A DNA stretch of 64,000 nucleotides from Corallococcus coralloides DSM 2259 (GTDB lineage Bacteria; Myxococcota; Myxococcia; Myxococcales; Myxococcaceae): contig NC_017030.1 of NCBI RefSeq assembly GCF_000255295.1, positions 5,974,328-6,038,327 on the forward strand, written 5' to 3'. Both the position numbers and the translations under genes were made by a program. Below the pieces are notes generated by a model. It saw only the letters and a list, made by a program, of their open reading frames with translations. It was not told the DNA's origin and ran no database searches. Shown here piece by piece: positions 9,835 to 19,483 of this stretch. Numbering within the stretch: position 1 is the stretch's first letter; every line of letters begins with the position of its first letter.

Positions 9835-10524
9835 ATGAACCCGACCTCCTTCCCTTCCTCCCCTCCCCTTTCGCGCCGGAGCGCTCTCACGCTGCTGGGT
9901 GCGTTCGTGCTCGCGCTCGCCGGCTGTCATCCGGTGCTCTCCATCGAGGATGCGCGTTCGCGCTCCAACGGCTCGGAGGTGACGGTGGAGGGCTCGGTCA
10001 CCGTGGCGCCCGGTACGTTCTCCTCCGCCCTGGGCGATGAGGGCTTCGCCATCCAGGACGACACCGGCGGCCTCTACGTCAAGCTGGAGGAGAAGCTGTC
10101 CTTCGGGCCAGGCGCCCGCGTGCGCGTCACCGGCAAGCTGGATGAGCAGAACCAGCTGCGCATCCTCAAGGGCGTGCCCGAGGACGTGGACCTGAAGTCG
10201 GGCACGGAGCAGGTGTCACCCAAGGAGGTCACCACCGGCGGTGTGAACGAGTCCGTGGAAGGCCAGCTGATCCACGTGAGCGGCGCCATCACGCAGGCGT
10301 TCCAGGACGACTCGCCCTACGGCTACAAGCTCTACATCGACGACGGCACCGGCGAGGTGCAGGTGTTCGTCCACGTCTCCGCCGGATTCGACAAGGCCGC
10401 GCTCCAGGCCCTCACCGTGGGGCAGCGCATCGCCGTGGCGGGGCTGGCCGCGCAGTATGAGACGACCTACGAGGTGGCGCCCCGCATGCCGAGCGACCTC
10501 TCGGTGCAGAACGCCGCGCCCTGA
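9835..10524 (+). CDS. Lipoprotein, OB-fold-like (229 aa)
   Basis: The N-terminus has a Tat-like SRRSALTLLGAFVLALAGC sequence with a lipobox. The remainder is a beta-rich domain. Confidence 0.6.
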   Translation: MNPTSFPSSPPLSRRSALTLLGAFVLALAGCHPVLSIEDARSRSNGSEVTVEGSVTVAPGTFSSALGDEGFAIQDDTGGLYVKLEEKLSFGPGARVRVTGKLDEQNQLRILKGVPEDVDLKSGTEQVSPKEVTTGGVNESVEGQLIHVSGAITQAFQDDSPYGYKLYIDDGTGEVQVFVHVSAGFDKAALQALTVGQRIAVAGLAAQYETTYEVAPRMPSDLSVQNAAP

Positions 10525-10733
10525 CAGCAGGCAGGCGCCCCTGGGTATGTAGCACCCCAGACGCCAGACGCAGGGCCCGCGGGCCGTTGGCTTTCGTGCA
10601 GCGCTCCGGATGTGTGCCTGGGAGCGGATGCACGAAAGCCAACGCGAGCCTGGCAAGCGGACAGGCGGGCAGGTTCCAAGCTTACGGGCAGTGCCAATCC
10701 ATTCGGGTCCCTGGCGGACGAACGAGGGCTGGC

Positions 10734-13184
10734 ATGGACGGACTTCGAGGAACAGCAGCGGTCTTGCTCGCGTGCGCGGGCCTGTGGGCCCCGGGCACCA
10801 CGTGGGCACAGGCACCGGACGAGGACGACTCCGGCGACGTGATGTCGGAGGAGAAGCTGGAGGCCCTGCTCGACACGCCCACGGCACAGCCCTCCCAGGA
10901 CGAGGTGACGGCGGAGGCCTTCGGGCCGGAGCGGCTGTCGTCCTACTTCGCGGAAGGCCTGCTGGCGAAGGCGAAGGCGGAGTTCGACCGCGGCCGGTAC
11001 AAGTCCGCGCGGGCGCTGCTCGCGACGGAGTCTCCCCCTTCCCTCCCCGGCCGCTTCCTCCAGGCGCAGAGCGCGTTCCTCGCGCGCGACTTCGCCACCG
11101 CCGCCGCGGAGTTCACCGCGCTGGCGGAGGACTACGTCCCTTTGCGCGACCACTGCCTGATGAAGGCCGCGCAGTCGCATGAACGGCTGCGCAAGCCGCT
11201 GCGCGCGGCGGAGCAGTATGGTCAGGTGAGCTCCAGCTCCCCGCTCTATCCGGAGGCCCGCTTCACCATGGCGCGCGTGCTCAAGCGCCAGCTGAAGATC
11301 CCCGAGGCGCTGGCCGCGCTCCAGGAGTTCATCGACAACCGGCAGGCCCGCGGGCCGGACGCGCTGCGCATGAAGGCGCTGCTCGCGTACTGCGACCTGG
11401 CGCGCGCGCAGGGCATGTACAACGCCGAGCACCGCGCGCTGCTGGAGGTCTGGGCCACCGCGCCCCTGTCGCCGGAGGCGGACCGTGCGAAGGCCCTGCT
11501 GCGCGACCTGCCCCTGCCCATGAAGTGGCGCGTGCGCCGCGCGGAGGCGCTGGTGGAGCTGCACCAGAACGTCGCCGCCATGAACATGCTGGCCCGCTCA
11601 GGACCCCGCACGGAGCTCCCGGACGAGCTGGCCTGCCGCGCCCAGCTCACCCTGGGCCGCGCCCTGCGCAAGGAGCGCCAGCACCGCCGCGCCATCCAGG
11701 TGCTGGAGCCGGTGGCGCGCGAGTGCCTGTCGCCCGAGCAGCGGCCGCAGGCGCTGTACCTGCTCGCCTATTCGCAGTCCGTGGTGCAGCCGGAAGCGGC
11801 GGTGGAGACGTACGCCGCGCTGGCGAAGGACTACCCGGAGCACGGCTACGCGGACGACGCGCTGTTCTTCGAGGCCTGGACGCAGCAGCGCCTGGGCCGC
11901 GCGGACGAAGCGCTGGAGAACTACGAGGCGCTGGCGAAGCGCTACCCGGCCGGCAACTTCGCCGCCGAGGCCCTCTTCCGCGCCTTCTGGCTGCACCTGC
12001 GCAAGGGTGAGACGCAGCCGGGCCTGGCGTCGCTCATGTCGGTGGAGCAGCTGCCGGAGTCCGCGCGCACCGACGACGCCCTCTGGCGCGCGCGCTACTG
12101 GCAGGCGCGGACCCAGGAGAACGCCGGCGCGCTGGAGCCGGCGCTCGCGCGCTATGAGCTCATCGCCACCGAGCGCCCCACGGCCTGGTACGGGCTCTTG
12201 TCCCGGACGCGGCTGGCGCAGCACGCGCCGGAGCGGCTGGCGCGGCTGACGGAGACCGCCGCGCAGCCGGCCGTGGCGAAGACCGTGAACACCGCCGCGC
12301 CGGCCAACGACGAGGTCTGGCCCCTGCCCCCGGGCCCGCTCCAGAAGGATGCGCGCTTCGCGGCGGGCGTGGAGCTCTTGCGCCTGGGACAGCCGGGCGT
12401 GGTGGAGGAGCTGCTCGCGGTGGACACGCGCGGCCTGGCGGAAGCGCCCGCGCGGCTGCTCTACCAGACCATGCGCCGCACCGGCCGGGGCCGGGCCACG
12501 CGGCAGGTGGCTCGCGTGACGCTGCGCCAGGAGGCCGCCGGCCCGCTCAGCGCCGCGTCCCGTCCGGTGTGGGAGGCGACGTGGCCGCTCGCGTTCCGGC
12601 CGCTCATCCAGAGCTATTCGAAGGCCGCGCGCGTGGACCCCGACCTCCTGCAGGGCCTCATCCGCGAGGAGAGCCGGTTCAACCCGCGCGCGCGTTCGTC
12701 CACCGGCGCGCTGGGGCTCGCGCAGCTGATGCCCACGACGGCGCAGGCGGTGGCGGACTCGCTCAAGCTGGCGTCGTTCGAGATGTCGTCGCTGCTCCAG
12801 CCCGCGCCCAACATCCGGCTGGGGGCGGCGTACCTGGGCTCGCTGCTCAAGCACTTCGACGGCAACCCCGCCTACGCGGTGGCCGCCTACAACGCGGGCC
12901 CCGCGGCGGTGGAGCGCTGGCGCAAGGCCCTGCCCCAGGCGGAGCTGGACGAGTGGGTGGAGCACATCGCCTTCGATGAGACCCGCGACTACGTGAAGCG
13001 CGTGCTCAGCAGCTACAGCGCCTACAAGCTGCTCTACGCCAACGAGGTCCCCGCCTCCTTCGCGCCCGCCCGCAAGGCCCCGCTGGAGGCCGTGCGCACG
13101 CCCACGATGAACCCCGCCACGGGCGTGGGCGGCAGCGGCCGGAACGTGGCGACGCCCACGTCCTCCGTCTCCGGGAGACGCTAG
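10734..13184 (+). CDS. Soluble lytic murein transglycosylase (Slt70-like: superhelical TPR-like N-domain plus a C-terminal SLT domain)
   Basis: It starts at the ATG at 10734 (MDGLRGTAAVLLACAGLWAPGTTWAQA, a signal peptide). The SLT catalytic region reads GLIREESRFNPRARSSTGALGLAQLMP ... AYNAGP. Confidence 0.85.
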   Translation: MDGLRGTAAVLLACAGLWAPGTTWAQAPDEDDSGDVMSEEKLEALLDTPTAQPSQDEVTAEAFGPERLSSYFAEGLLAKAKAEFDRGRYKSARALLATESPPSLPGRFLQAQSAFLARDFATAAAEFTALAEDYVPLRDHCLMKAAQSHERLRKPLRAAEQYGQVSSSSPLYPEARFTMARVLKRQLKIPEALAALQEFIDNRQARGPDALRMKALLAYCDLARAQGMYNAEHRALLEVWATAPLSPEADRAKALLRDLPLPMKWRVRRAEALVELHQNVAAMNMLARSGPRTELPDELACRAQLTLGRALRKERQHRRAIQVLEPVARECLSPEQRPQALYLLAYSQSVVQPEAAVETYAALAKDYPEHGYADDALFFEAWTQQRLGRADEALENYEALAKRYPAGNFAAEALFRAFWLHLRKGETQPGLASLMSVEQLPESARTDDALWRARYWQARTQENAGALEPALARYELIATERPTAWYGLLSRTRLAQHAPERLARLTETAAQPAVAKTVNTAAPANDEVWPLPPGPLQKDARFAAGVELLRLGQPGVVEELLAVDTRGLAEAPARLLYQTMRRTGRGRATRQVARVTLRQEAAGPLSAASRPVWEATWPLAFRPLIQSYSKAARVDPDLLQGLIREESRFNPRARSSTGALGLAQLMPTTAQAVADSLKLASFEMSSLLQPAPNIRLGAAYLGSLLKHFDGNPAYAVAAYNAGPAAVERWRKALPQAELDEWVEHIAFDETRDYVKRVLSSYSAYKLLYANEVPASFAPARKAPLEAVRTPTMNPATGVGGSGRNVATPTSSVSGRR

Positions 13185-13231
13185 CGGCTCACGCCGGACG
13201 GGAAGCGCATCCCCGTCCGGCGCGGTCGTGA

Positions 13232-14047
13232 CTACTTCGCGCCCGTGGGCTGGGTGATGGACTCGGAGCGGATGGTGTACTCGCCGGCGATGGCGTTCGT
13301 GTCGATGCCCGTGAAGTGACGGTACGGGTACGCGCCATCCGCGACGGTCTCGATGAACTCCACCGAGTCACCGGTGACGGACTTGCCGTCGATGTTCACG
13401 GTGAAGGTGGTCTTCTCCGAGTCCACGCGCCACACGCACGCGCCCACGTTCGTCTCCGCGGAGCCGGTGGACAGCCCGTCGATGTCGAAGTCGTTCAGGA
13501 AGTGGTGGTGCATCTCCGCCCAGCGGAGGAAGTCCCGCCAGTTGGTGAAGGTGATCATCAGCCCGGCCGGCTGGTGGCTGGAGCCCTGGAGCACGCCGCC
13601 CCGGTAGATGTTCATCCGGTACGCGGAGCCGCCCGGCGAGCCCGTGAACGTGGGCAGCATGTTGACCGTGTTCGCCTCGCGGCCCGGCATCACCTTCAGC
13701 GTGCTGACGACCTGGTCGCCATCACGCGCGGCCAGCTGGTAGCCGCCCTGCGCCCCCAGGCTCGCCGCCACGCGCTGCTCCCACTTCACGGCCTTCGTGA
13801 AGCTGCTGGAGATGCCGTCCTTCTGGGTCGTGAGGTTGGACACCGCCAGCCCGTCCGCGACGGAATCCAGCCTCGCGCGGCCCAGCGCGCAGCTGGTGAT
13901 GCCCTCGAACTTCTTCACGCACTGGGTCGCCGCGGCTTCCTGCGCGTTCAGGGAACCGGAGGCCTGGCCGTCGTCGGCACCGCCCGCGCAACCCGTGATG
14001 CTCAGCAGCATGGAAGCCAGCAGGGAACCCGTGATCTTCAGATGCAT
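13232..14047 (-). CDS. Lipoprotein of unknown function (271 aa)
   Basis: It has a signal peptide and a lipobox (LLSITGC). I recognised no catalytic motif. Confidence 0.6.
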   Translation of the reverse strand: MHLKITGSLLASMLLSITGCAGGADDGQASGSLNAQEAAATQCVKKFEGITSCALGRARLDSVADGLAVSNLTTQKDGISSSFTKAVKWEQRVAASLGAQGGYQLAARDGDQVVSTLKVMPGREANTVNMLPTFTGSPGGSAYRMNIYRGGVLQGSSHQPAGLMITFTNWRDFLRWAEMHHHFLNDFDIDGLSTGSAETNVGACVWRVDSEKTTFTVNIDGKSVTGDSVEFIETVADGAYPYRHFTGIDTNAIAGEYTIRSESITQPTGAK

Positions 14048-14365
14048 CCGCTACCTCATCGTGTGGGGTGGACTGCACGCGGCCCCACTGCACCCCTCGC
14101 GCCAACACGCCAAGTCCGTCTGTTTCACTCGTGCCATTCAATGATTGAGAAAACGGAGTAGCGCTGGGAGTCACATGAAACATGCGATTTGTAGCAAGCC
14201 CGGTCTCACACGGAGCGTCAGGACGTCGCACCCGCGGGCGCGGTCTTGAAACGGGGATTCAAGGGATGAACCGGACGCGGGCGGAACTTTGCCGTGACGC
14301 ACAACTCCGCGGGGGGTTCGACGGATAATCTGGGGAGCGCGGTTCCTCCCCCCGGACACCCCACC

Positions 14366-15805
14366 ATGGCATCGAAGATCAACGACAGCTCGCGTCCCCT
14401 CACCTCCGTCTCGCGGCTGTCCTCGCAGGACGCCCGGACGACGGAGGCGAAGGCCCGGAACCGCCCCCTCGCGTTCAAGGACGGCTTCGAGTCCTCCAGC
14501 AGCACGCGCCCCGCGCCCGGCCAGCTGCCGCGCCTGCCCGCGCCGCCGCCGATTCTGGGGCTGCCCGCGCCCACCACCCCGACTCCGGCGCCGACGACGC
14601 CCGTGCCTCCGGAGGCGCCCACCGAGCCGCCCGTCTCGGCCGACTCGGATCCGATGACGCACCTCGAGTACCTGGCCTCGGACGCGCTGCAGGGCCGTGA
14701 CAGCCCCTCCGCGGGCCTGGATGCGGCTTCCGTCTACGTGCAGGCCCACGCGGAGAAGTACGGGCTCGTGGGGCCCAACAGCAACAACCCGGAGAACCCC
14801 TTCCAGCAGCGGTTCAACGTCTACTCGTGGCTGGGCGCGGACAAGGCGGGCGAGACGGCCGGCGCGGCCCATGCCGGGCATGGGCATGCCGAGCACAAGC
14901 AGTTCGGCCACACGATGTTCCAGGAGGGCTTCTACCTGGACGAGAAGATGCCCAAGGACACGCTGAAGAAGCTCAACCAGCAGTACGAGCAGACGATGAA
15001 GGCGGCGGGCCAGTCCATTGTGCCGGCGCGCGCGGGCAAGCAGCGCAGCGTGGAGGAGCTCAAGCAGGTGGCCACGGCCACGGGCCAGGCGGTGAACACC
15101 ATGGCCCTGCTGCCCGGCACCGGCCCTCACAAGGACGAGGTCATCGTGGTGATGGCCCACCTGGACCACGTGGGCGTGGACCGCAAGGGCAACGCGTACA
15201 ACGGCGCGGACGACAACGCGTCCGGCAGCGCGGTGCTGATGGCGGCGGTGCCGGAGCTGGCGGAGGCCGCGAAGAACGGCAAGCTGGACCGCTCCGTGCT
15301 CTTCATCTGGACGGGCGCGGAGGAGAAGGGCCTGGTGGGCTCGCAGTACTTCGTGGACCACCCCATCCCCGGCCTGGAGCTGAAGAACATCGCCGGCGTC
15401 ATCAACACGGACATGGTGGGCCGCTGGGATGATCAGCGCCTGTCCGTGGTGGACACCAACACCAAGGGCCAGCCCAACTACTTCCGCGACGTGGTGGATC
15501 AGGCGAACCAGCAGCTGGCGGATCCGTTCGACCGCATCAACCGCGACATCAACGTCTACCGCGACCGGCAGGACGGCGCGTCCTTCGGACGCAAGGGCGA
15601 GGACGTGCTCTTCCTCTTCGAGGGCCTGTCCAACCCCGAGGGCGGCGGCGACCTCATCCCCGAGTACCACCGGCAGGATGACGACATCGACAAGATCATC
15701 AAGGACAACGGCGGCAACAAGCCCCGCCGCGTGAAGGACCTGCTCCTCAACGTCATCAACCTGGCGGCGAACCGCACCACGGAGCCGCAGCAGCCGCAGA
15801 AGTAG
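14366..15805 (+). CDS. M28-family zinc aminopeptidase with a disordered Pro/Thr-rich N-terminal extension
   Basis: It is in frame with ORF 14294. M28 motifs are present: HLDHVG, ADDNASGSAVL, GAEEKGLVGS and NTDMVG. No classical signal peptide follows the ATG at 14366. Confidence 0.85.
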   Translation: MASKINDSSRPLTSVSRLSSQDARTTEAKARNRPLAFKDGFESSSSTRPAPGQLPRLPAPPPILGLPAPTTPTPAPTTPVPPEAPTEPPVSADSDPMTHLEYLASDALQGRDSPSAGLDAASVYVQAHAEKYGLVGPNSNNPENPFQQRFNVYSWLGADKAGETAGAAHAGHGHAEHKQFGHTMFQEGFYLDEKMPKDTLKKLNQQYEQTMKAAGQSIVPARAGKQRSVEELKQVATATGQAVNTMALLPGTGPHKDEVIVVMAHLDHVGVDRKGNAYNGADDNASGSAVLMAAVPELAEAAKNGKLDRSVLFIWTGAEEKGLVGSQYFVDHPIPGLELKNIAGVINTDMVGRWDDQRLSVVDTNTKGQPNYFRDVVDQANQQLADPFDRINRDINVYRDRQDGASFGRKGEDVLFLFEGLSNPEGGGDLIPEYHRQDDDIDKIIKDNGGNKPRRVKDLLLNVINLAANRTTEPQQPQK

Positions 15806-15822
15806 CTGTGCGCGGCCCCCTT

Positions 15823-15848
15823 CCGCCGGAAAGGAGCCCTTCCGGCGG
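15823..15848. terminator. GC-rich hairpin (9-bp perfect stem ccgccggaa/ttccggcgg, 8-nt loop) between the convergent M28 and desaturase genes. It is a putative bidirectional terminator.
   Basis: The inverted repeat was read directly from the sequence. Neither side has a strong U-tract. Confidence 0.4.
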
Positions 15849-15875
15849 GAGCTTCCAGCGGGGACAGCGGGACCG

Positions 15876-16775
15876 CTAGGCGGCCAGCTTCTCCCCGCTG
15901 CCTTCCACGGTCCTGCCGGAGAGCGCGGCGACCTCGTGCTCGCTCAGCACGAGCTTCTCCTCGGAGCCGCGCCACACGAACGGGATGCCCGGCTGGCGGT
16001 ACAGGTTCGAGGGGATCTCCTGCGCCAGCTGCGCGTGCAGCTCCGGCAGCTTGGACCAGTGCAGCCCGTGCCGCGTGTGATGCGCGGTGTGGTAGCCCAG
16101 GTTGCCCGTCATCAGGTTGTAGCCCTTGTGGAGGATGTTGTACGAGGCCTCCGAGTGGTTGGCCGTCTCCAGGCCCACGTGGTGGAAGTACGTGGCCCAG
16201 GTCGTCACGTAGAGCGACGCCATCATGGGCAGGAGGAACACGAAGAGCGCGTTGTAGGGGTTCACCCAGAACAGGCCCGCCAGCAGCACCACCTGGAGCA
16301 CGGCCATCCAGACGAACGTGCGCAGCGCCTTGGGGTGATGCTTCCTGCCCACCTGGAACGCGCGCGGGTACGCGGTCAGCGCCGTGCCCAGCGAGTACTC
16401 CACCTCGCCCATCGTCGAGCCGTCATCCCGCTTCCAGCGCGACTCGTCCTGCGTCTGGTCCAGGTAGTTCTTGTGGTGGCCCAGCACGTGGTGGAGGAAC
16501 CACGCCTGCGACGTCACGCCCGTCTGGAAGCCGAAGACGATCTCCAACAGCCGGTTGGGCAGCGCGTGCTTGAAGAAGGACAGGTGCTGGTGGTGGTGGT
16601 TCCACGAGCAGATCCACCCCTTGGGGATGATGCCCAGCCCGAACCACAGCACCGGCACCCACCAGCTGCGCGCCGTGAGGAACACCGTCATGTCGAGCGC
16701 GAAGACGCCAAGGAACATCAGGACCGGGATGCGATCTTCAGGGTGCCGGAACAGGGTCATGCGCCTTCCGTACAA
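15876..16775 (-). CDS. Membrane fatty-acid desaturase / hydroxylase-family protein (299 aa)
   Basis: It has three His boxes (HHHQH, HHVLGHH, HTAHHTRH) and hydrophobic transmembrane segments. The start is at 16775 or 16760. Confidence 0.8.
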   Translation of the reverse strand: MYGRRMTLFRHPEDRIPVLMFLGVFALDMTVFLTARSWWVPVLWFGLGIIPKGWICSWNHHHQHLSFFKHALPNRLLEIVFGFQTGVTSQAWFLHHVLGHHKNYLDQTQDESRWKRDDGSTMGEVEYSLGTALTAYPRAFQVGRKHHPKALRTFVWMAVLQVVLLAGLFWVNPYNALFVFLLPMMASLYVTTWATYFHHVGLETANHSEASYNILHKGYNLMTGNLGYHTAHHTRHGLHWSKLPELHAQLAQEIPSNLYRQPGIPFVWRGSEEKLVLSEHEVAALSGRTVEGSGEKLAA

Positions 16776-16916
16776 GGGGGCCAGGGGAAAAATGCCGATT
16801 TTCCAACTGTAGGCTGTCAGCCCCTATGCCGAACAGCCCACCCTTGCCTGCCTGCACGTTCCACACTGGCGGTAAACCACGTAGTCGCGTTGAACTTGTC
16901 TTTCCACATTTCCAAG

Positions 16917-16937
16917 AATCACAGACCTGCTTTGTGA
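16917..16937. promoter_or_regulatory. Imperfect palindrome ATCACAGA-cctgc-TTTGTGAT in an AT-richer patch, 45 bp upstream of the HO-like gene and within the divergent promoter region
   Basis: The arms were read from the sequence and match 7 of 8. The TCACA/TGTGA half-sites are in everted order relative to a CRP-type site. Confidence 0.3.
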
Positions 16938-16979
16938 TAAACGCCGACCCAGCCCTTTTGGACCAACCTGGAGGCGGCA

Positions 16980-17642
16980 ATGCGGAACCAGACCATCGAG
17001 GCGGCACTGGCGAAGAATTCCCACCGTGAGCAGCTGATCAAGCACCGGTTCTTCGAGGTGGTGGACGAGAAGGCCTTCAGCCGCGACCAGGCGGAGCTGG
17101 TCCTGGGTCAGTGGTGGCACCCCCTGCACTACTTCCCCACCTTCCTGGGCAAGCTCATCGCCGTCTGCCCGCAGATGGAGATGAAGACGGCGGTGACGCA
17201 CATCCTCAACCAGGAGGTGGGCGAGGGAGACCCGGCGAGAGCGCACGAGCGCTTCTTCATCCAGACGATGACGGACGCGGGCTTCACCAAGGCGGGCGTG
17301 TCCGAGGCGGACATGACGCCCGCGACGCGCCGGCTCATCGACGGGTACCAGCGCTCCACGGACAGCCACCTCACGGGCCTGGGCTTCCTCTACGGCACGG
17401 AGGTGGCGGACCTCACCATGGTGGCCAAGCTGGGCAAGCTGGTGCGCCGCACCACGGGCCTCAAGGCGCTGCCCTGGGTGGACATCCACGTGAAGCAGGA
17501 GCCGGACCACGTGGAGACGGCCGGCCACACCATGGGCCTCGCGTACACGGACGAGGAGCTGGCCACCATCACCCGCGGTGCGGAAGAGATGTGGCAGCTG
17601 TGGGTGGGATTCTTCGAGGAGCTGCGCAACCGCGTCGTCTGA
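16980..17642 (+). CDS. Heme-oxygenase-like fold protein (TenA/PqqC/CADD/HDO family iron-containing redox enzyme), 220 aa
   Basis: It is an all-helical protein with conserved Glu/His spacing (HILNQEVGE, AHERFF, LYGTEVADL, HVKQEPDHVE), consistent with a di-iron HO-like oxidase. Confidence 0.65.
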   Translation: MRNQTIEAALAKNSHREQLIKHRFFEVVDEKAFSRDQAELVLGQWWHPLHYFPTFLGKLIAVCPQMEMKTAVTHILNQEVGEGDPARAHERFFIQTMTDAGFTKAGVSEADMTPATRRLIDGYQRSTDSHLTGLGFLYGTEVADLTMVAKLGKLVRRTTGLKALPWVDIHVKQEPDHVETAGHTMGLAYTDEELATITRGAEEMWQLWVGFFEELRNRVV

Positions 17643-17818
17643 GCGGCTCCTCGCGTCAAGCGCAACCCCCCGGAATCCGTACGTTTTCGTACGGAACACT
17701 GGCGAATCTCTCCAGGTAGGGTAGTCACTCCCGCGTCACGGGAGTGTCACCCCCCAGAGGCGCCACCCCCTCCCGCGGCGGATAGCTCCTGTCCCTCCAG
17801 GCGCCGAGGGAGATCCCC

Positions 17819-18445
17819 ATGCTCGAAAAGCTGATGCCGAAGTCGGACGAGTTCTTCGACGACTTCGACGCGCAATGCGCCAGAACTGTCGAGGGAGCAA
17901 AGCTCCTACACGAGCTCCTGAGCGACTTCCGGGACGTGCCCACACGCGTCCAGGCCCTCAAGGACGTGGAGCACAAGGGTGACGAGGTCACCCATACGGC
18001 CTTCAACCGGCTGCACCAGCAGTTCATCACCCCGTTCGACCGGGGGCAGATCCACACGCTGCTGTCGCGCATCGACGACGTGCTGGACCTGACCAACGCG
18101 GCGGCGGCCCGGCTGCTCTACTACGAGATTGAATCCACCCGGGCGGACGCCACGGAGCTGGCGCGGCTCCTGGTGCTCTCCACGCAGAAGGTGCAGGAGG
18201 TCGTCGCGGCGCTGCGGCTCATCAAGAAGCCGGAGCAGATCCTCGCGGGCTGCATGGAGATCAAGCGCCTGGAGACCCAGGCGGATGAAGTCCTGCGCGC
18301 GGGCATGGGGCGGCTGTTCAAGAGCGGCGTGGATACCCTGACCATCATCAAGTGGAAGGAGATCTACGACCTCATCGAGACGGCCACCGACAAGTGCCAG
18401 GGCGTGGCCAACGTCATCGAAGGCGTCGTGCTGGAGCACTCCTGA
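17819..18445 (+). CDS. DUF47-family protein, a PhoU-like regulator paired with a PiT transporter
   Basis: The product contains MLEKLMPKSDEFFDDFDAQCARTVEGAKLL... The gene sits immediately upstream of the PiT gene. Confidence 0.8.
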   Translation: MLEKLMPKSDEFFDDFDAQCARTVEGAKLLHELLSDFRDVPTRVQALKDVEHKGDEVTHTAFNRLHQQFITPFDRGQIHTLLSRIDDVLDLTNAAAARLLYYEIESTRADATELARLLVLSTQKVQEVVAALRLIKKPEQILAGCMEIKRLETQADEVLRAGMGRLFKSGVDTLTIIKWKEIYDLIETATDKCQGVANVIEGVVLEHS

Positions 18446-18446
18446 G

Positions 18447-19472
18447 ATGCTGCTCGCAGCGGTCGTCACCATCGTCGCCGTCGCGCTCATCTTCGATTTC
18501 ATCAATGGATTCCACGACGCGGCGAACTCCATCGCCACCGTGGTGTCCACGCGCGTGCTGTCGCCGAACCTGGCCGTGGCCTGGGCGGCGTTCTTCAACT
18601 TCATCGCGGCCTTCGCGGGCGGCGTGCACGTGGCCAACACCATGGGCAAGGGCATCATCAACTTCGAGATGCTCCGGGCCGCCGGCCCCACCGCGGTGCT
18701 GATGGTCATCTTCGCGTCGCTGATGGGCGCCATCGTCTGGAACCTGCTCACCTGGTGGTGGGGGCTGCCCTCGTCGTCGTCGCACGCGCTGGCGGGCGGG
18801 ATGATTGGCGCCACCCTGCCCGTCCTGGGCTTCGAGGGCCTGGTGGGCAGCGGCATCGCGCGCATCGCGGCCTTCATCGTGCTGTCGCCGCTCATCGGCA
18901 TGACGCTGGGCATCGGGATGATGCTGGCCAGCACCTGGGCGGTGCACCGTCAGACGCCGCTGCGCGTGGACACCTGGTTCCGCAGGCTGCAGCTGGTGTC
19001 GTCCGCCATCTTCTCCTTCAGCCACGGCACCAACGACGCGCAGAAGGTCATGGGCATCATCGCGGTGGTGCTCTTCGGCACCATCTGGCGCGACCGCCCG
19101 TTCCACATCGACTGGTGGATGATCATCTCCTGCCACGCCGCCATCGCGCTGGGCACCTTCTTCGGCGGCTGGCGCATCATCCGCACCATGGGCCACAGCC
19201 TCACGAAGCTGGCGCCCATTGGCGGCTTCAGCGCGGAGACGGGCGGCGGCGTCACCATCATCGCGCTGGCGGAGCTGGGCATCCCCGTCTCCACCACGCA
19301 CACCATCACCGGCGCCATCGTCGGCGTGGGGTCCACGCGCGGCTGGCGTGCCGTGAAGTGGGGCACCGCCGGCCGCATCATCTGGGCGTGGGTGTTCACC
19401 ATCCCCGCCGCCGCGCTGGTGTCCGTGCTCGTCTACGGAATCACGCTGGCCGTCGTTCGGCTGGTGGGCTGA
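18447..19472 (+). CDS. Inorganic phosphate transporter, PiT (PHO4) family
   Basis: It has the GFHDAANSIAT and GTNDAQKVMGII signature repeats and about 10 transmembrane segments. Confidence 0.9.
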   Translation: MLLAAVVTIVAVALIFDFINGFHDAANSIATVVSTRVLSPNLAVAWAAFFNFIAAFAGGVHVANTMGKGIINFEMLRAAGPTAVLMVIFASLMGAIVWNLLTWWWGLPSSSSHALAGGMIGATLPVLGFEGLVGSGIARIAAFIVLSPLIGMTLGIGMMLASTWAVHRQTPLRVDTWFRRLQLVSSAIFSFSHGTNDAQKVMGIIAVVLFGTIWRDRPFHIDWWMIISCHAAIALGTFFGGWRIIRTMGHSLTKLAPIGGFSAETGGGVTIIALAELGIPVSTTHTITGAIVGVGSTRGWRAVKWGTAGRIIWAWVFTIPAAALVSVLVYGITLAVVRLVG

Positions 19473-19483
19473 AGAAAGCCCCG

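Noticed and set aside
10467-12965. Two long minus-strand ORFs (365 aa and 455 aa) across the Slt gene
   Set aside because: They are antisense to a gene with a clear SLT catalytic domain and signal peptide. They have no motifs and are high-GC mirror frames.
16917-16937. A possible CRP/FNR-type binding site
   Set aside because: The half-sites appear as TCACA-N9-TGTGA, which is everted, rather than the TGTGA-N6-TCACA consensus. I kept it only as a generic imperfect palindrome and operator candidate, not as a CRP site.
17819-19472. DUF47 plus PiT as an unusual system
   Set aside because: This is the well-known conserved PhoU-like DUF47/PitA low-affinity phosphate transporter pair. It is an ordinary housekeeping arrangement.
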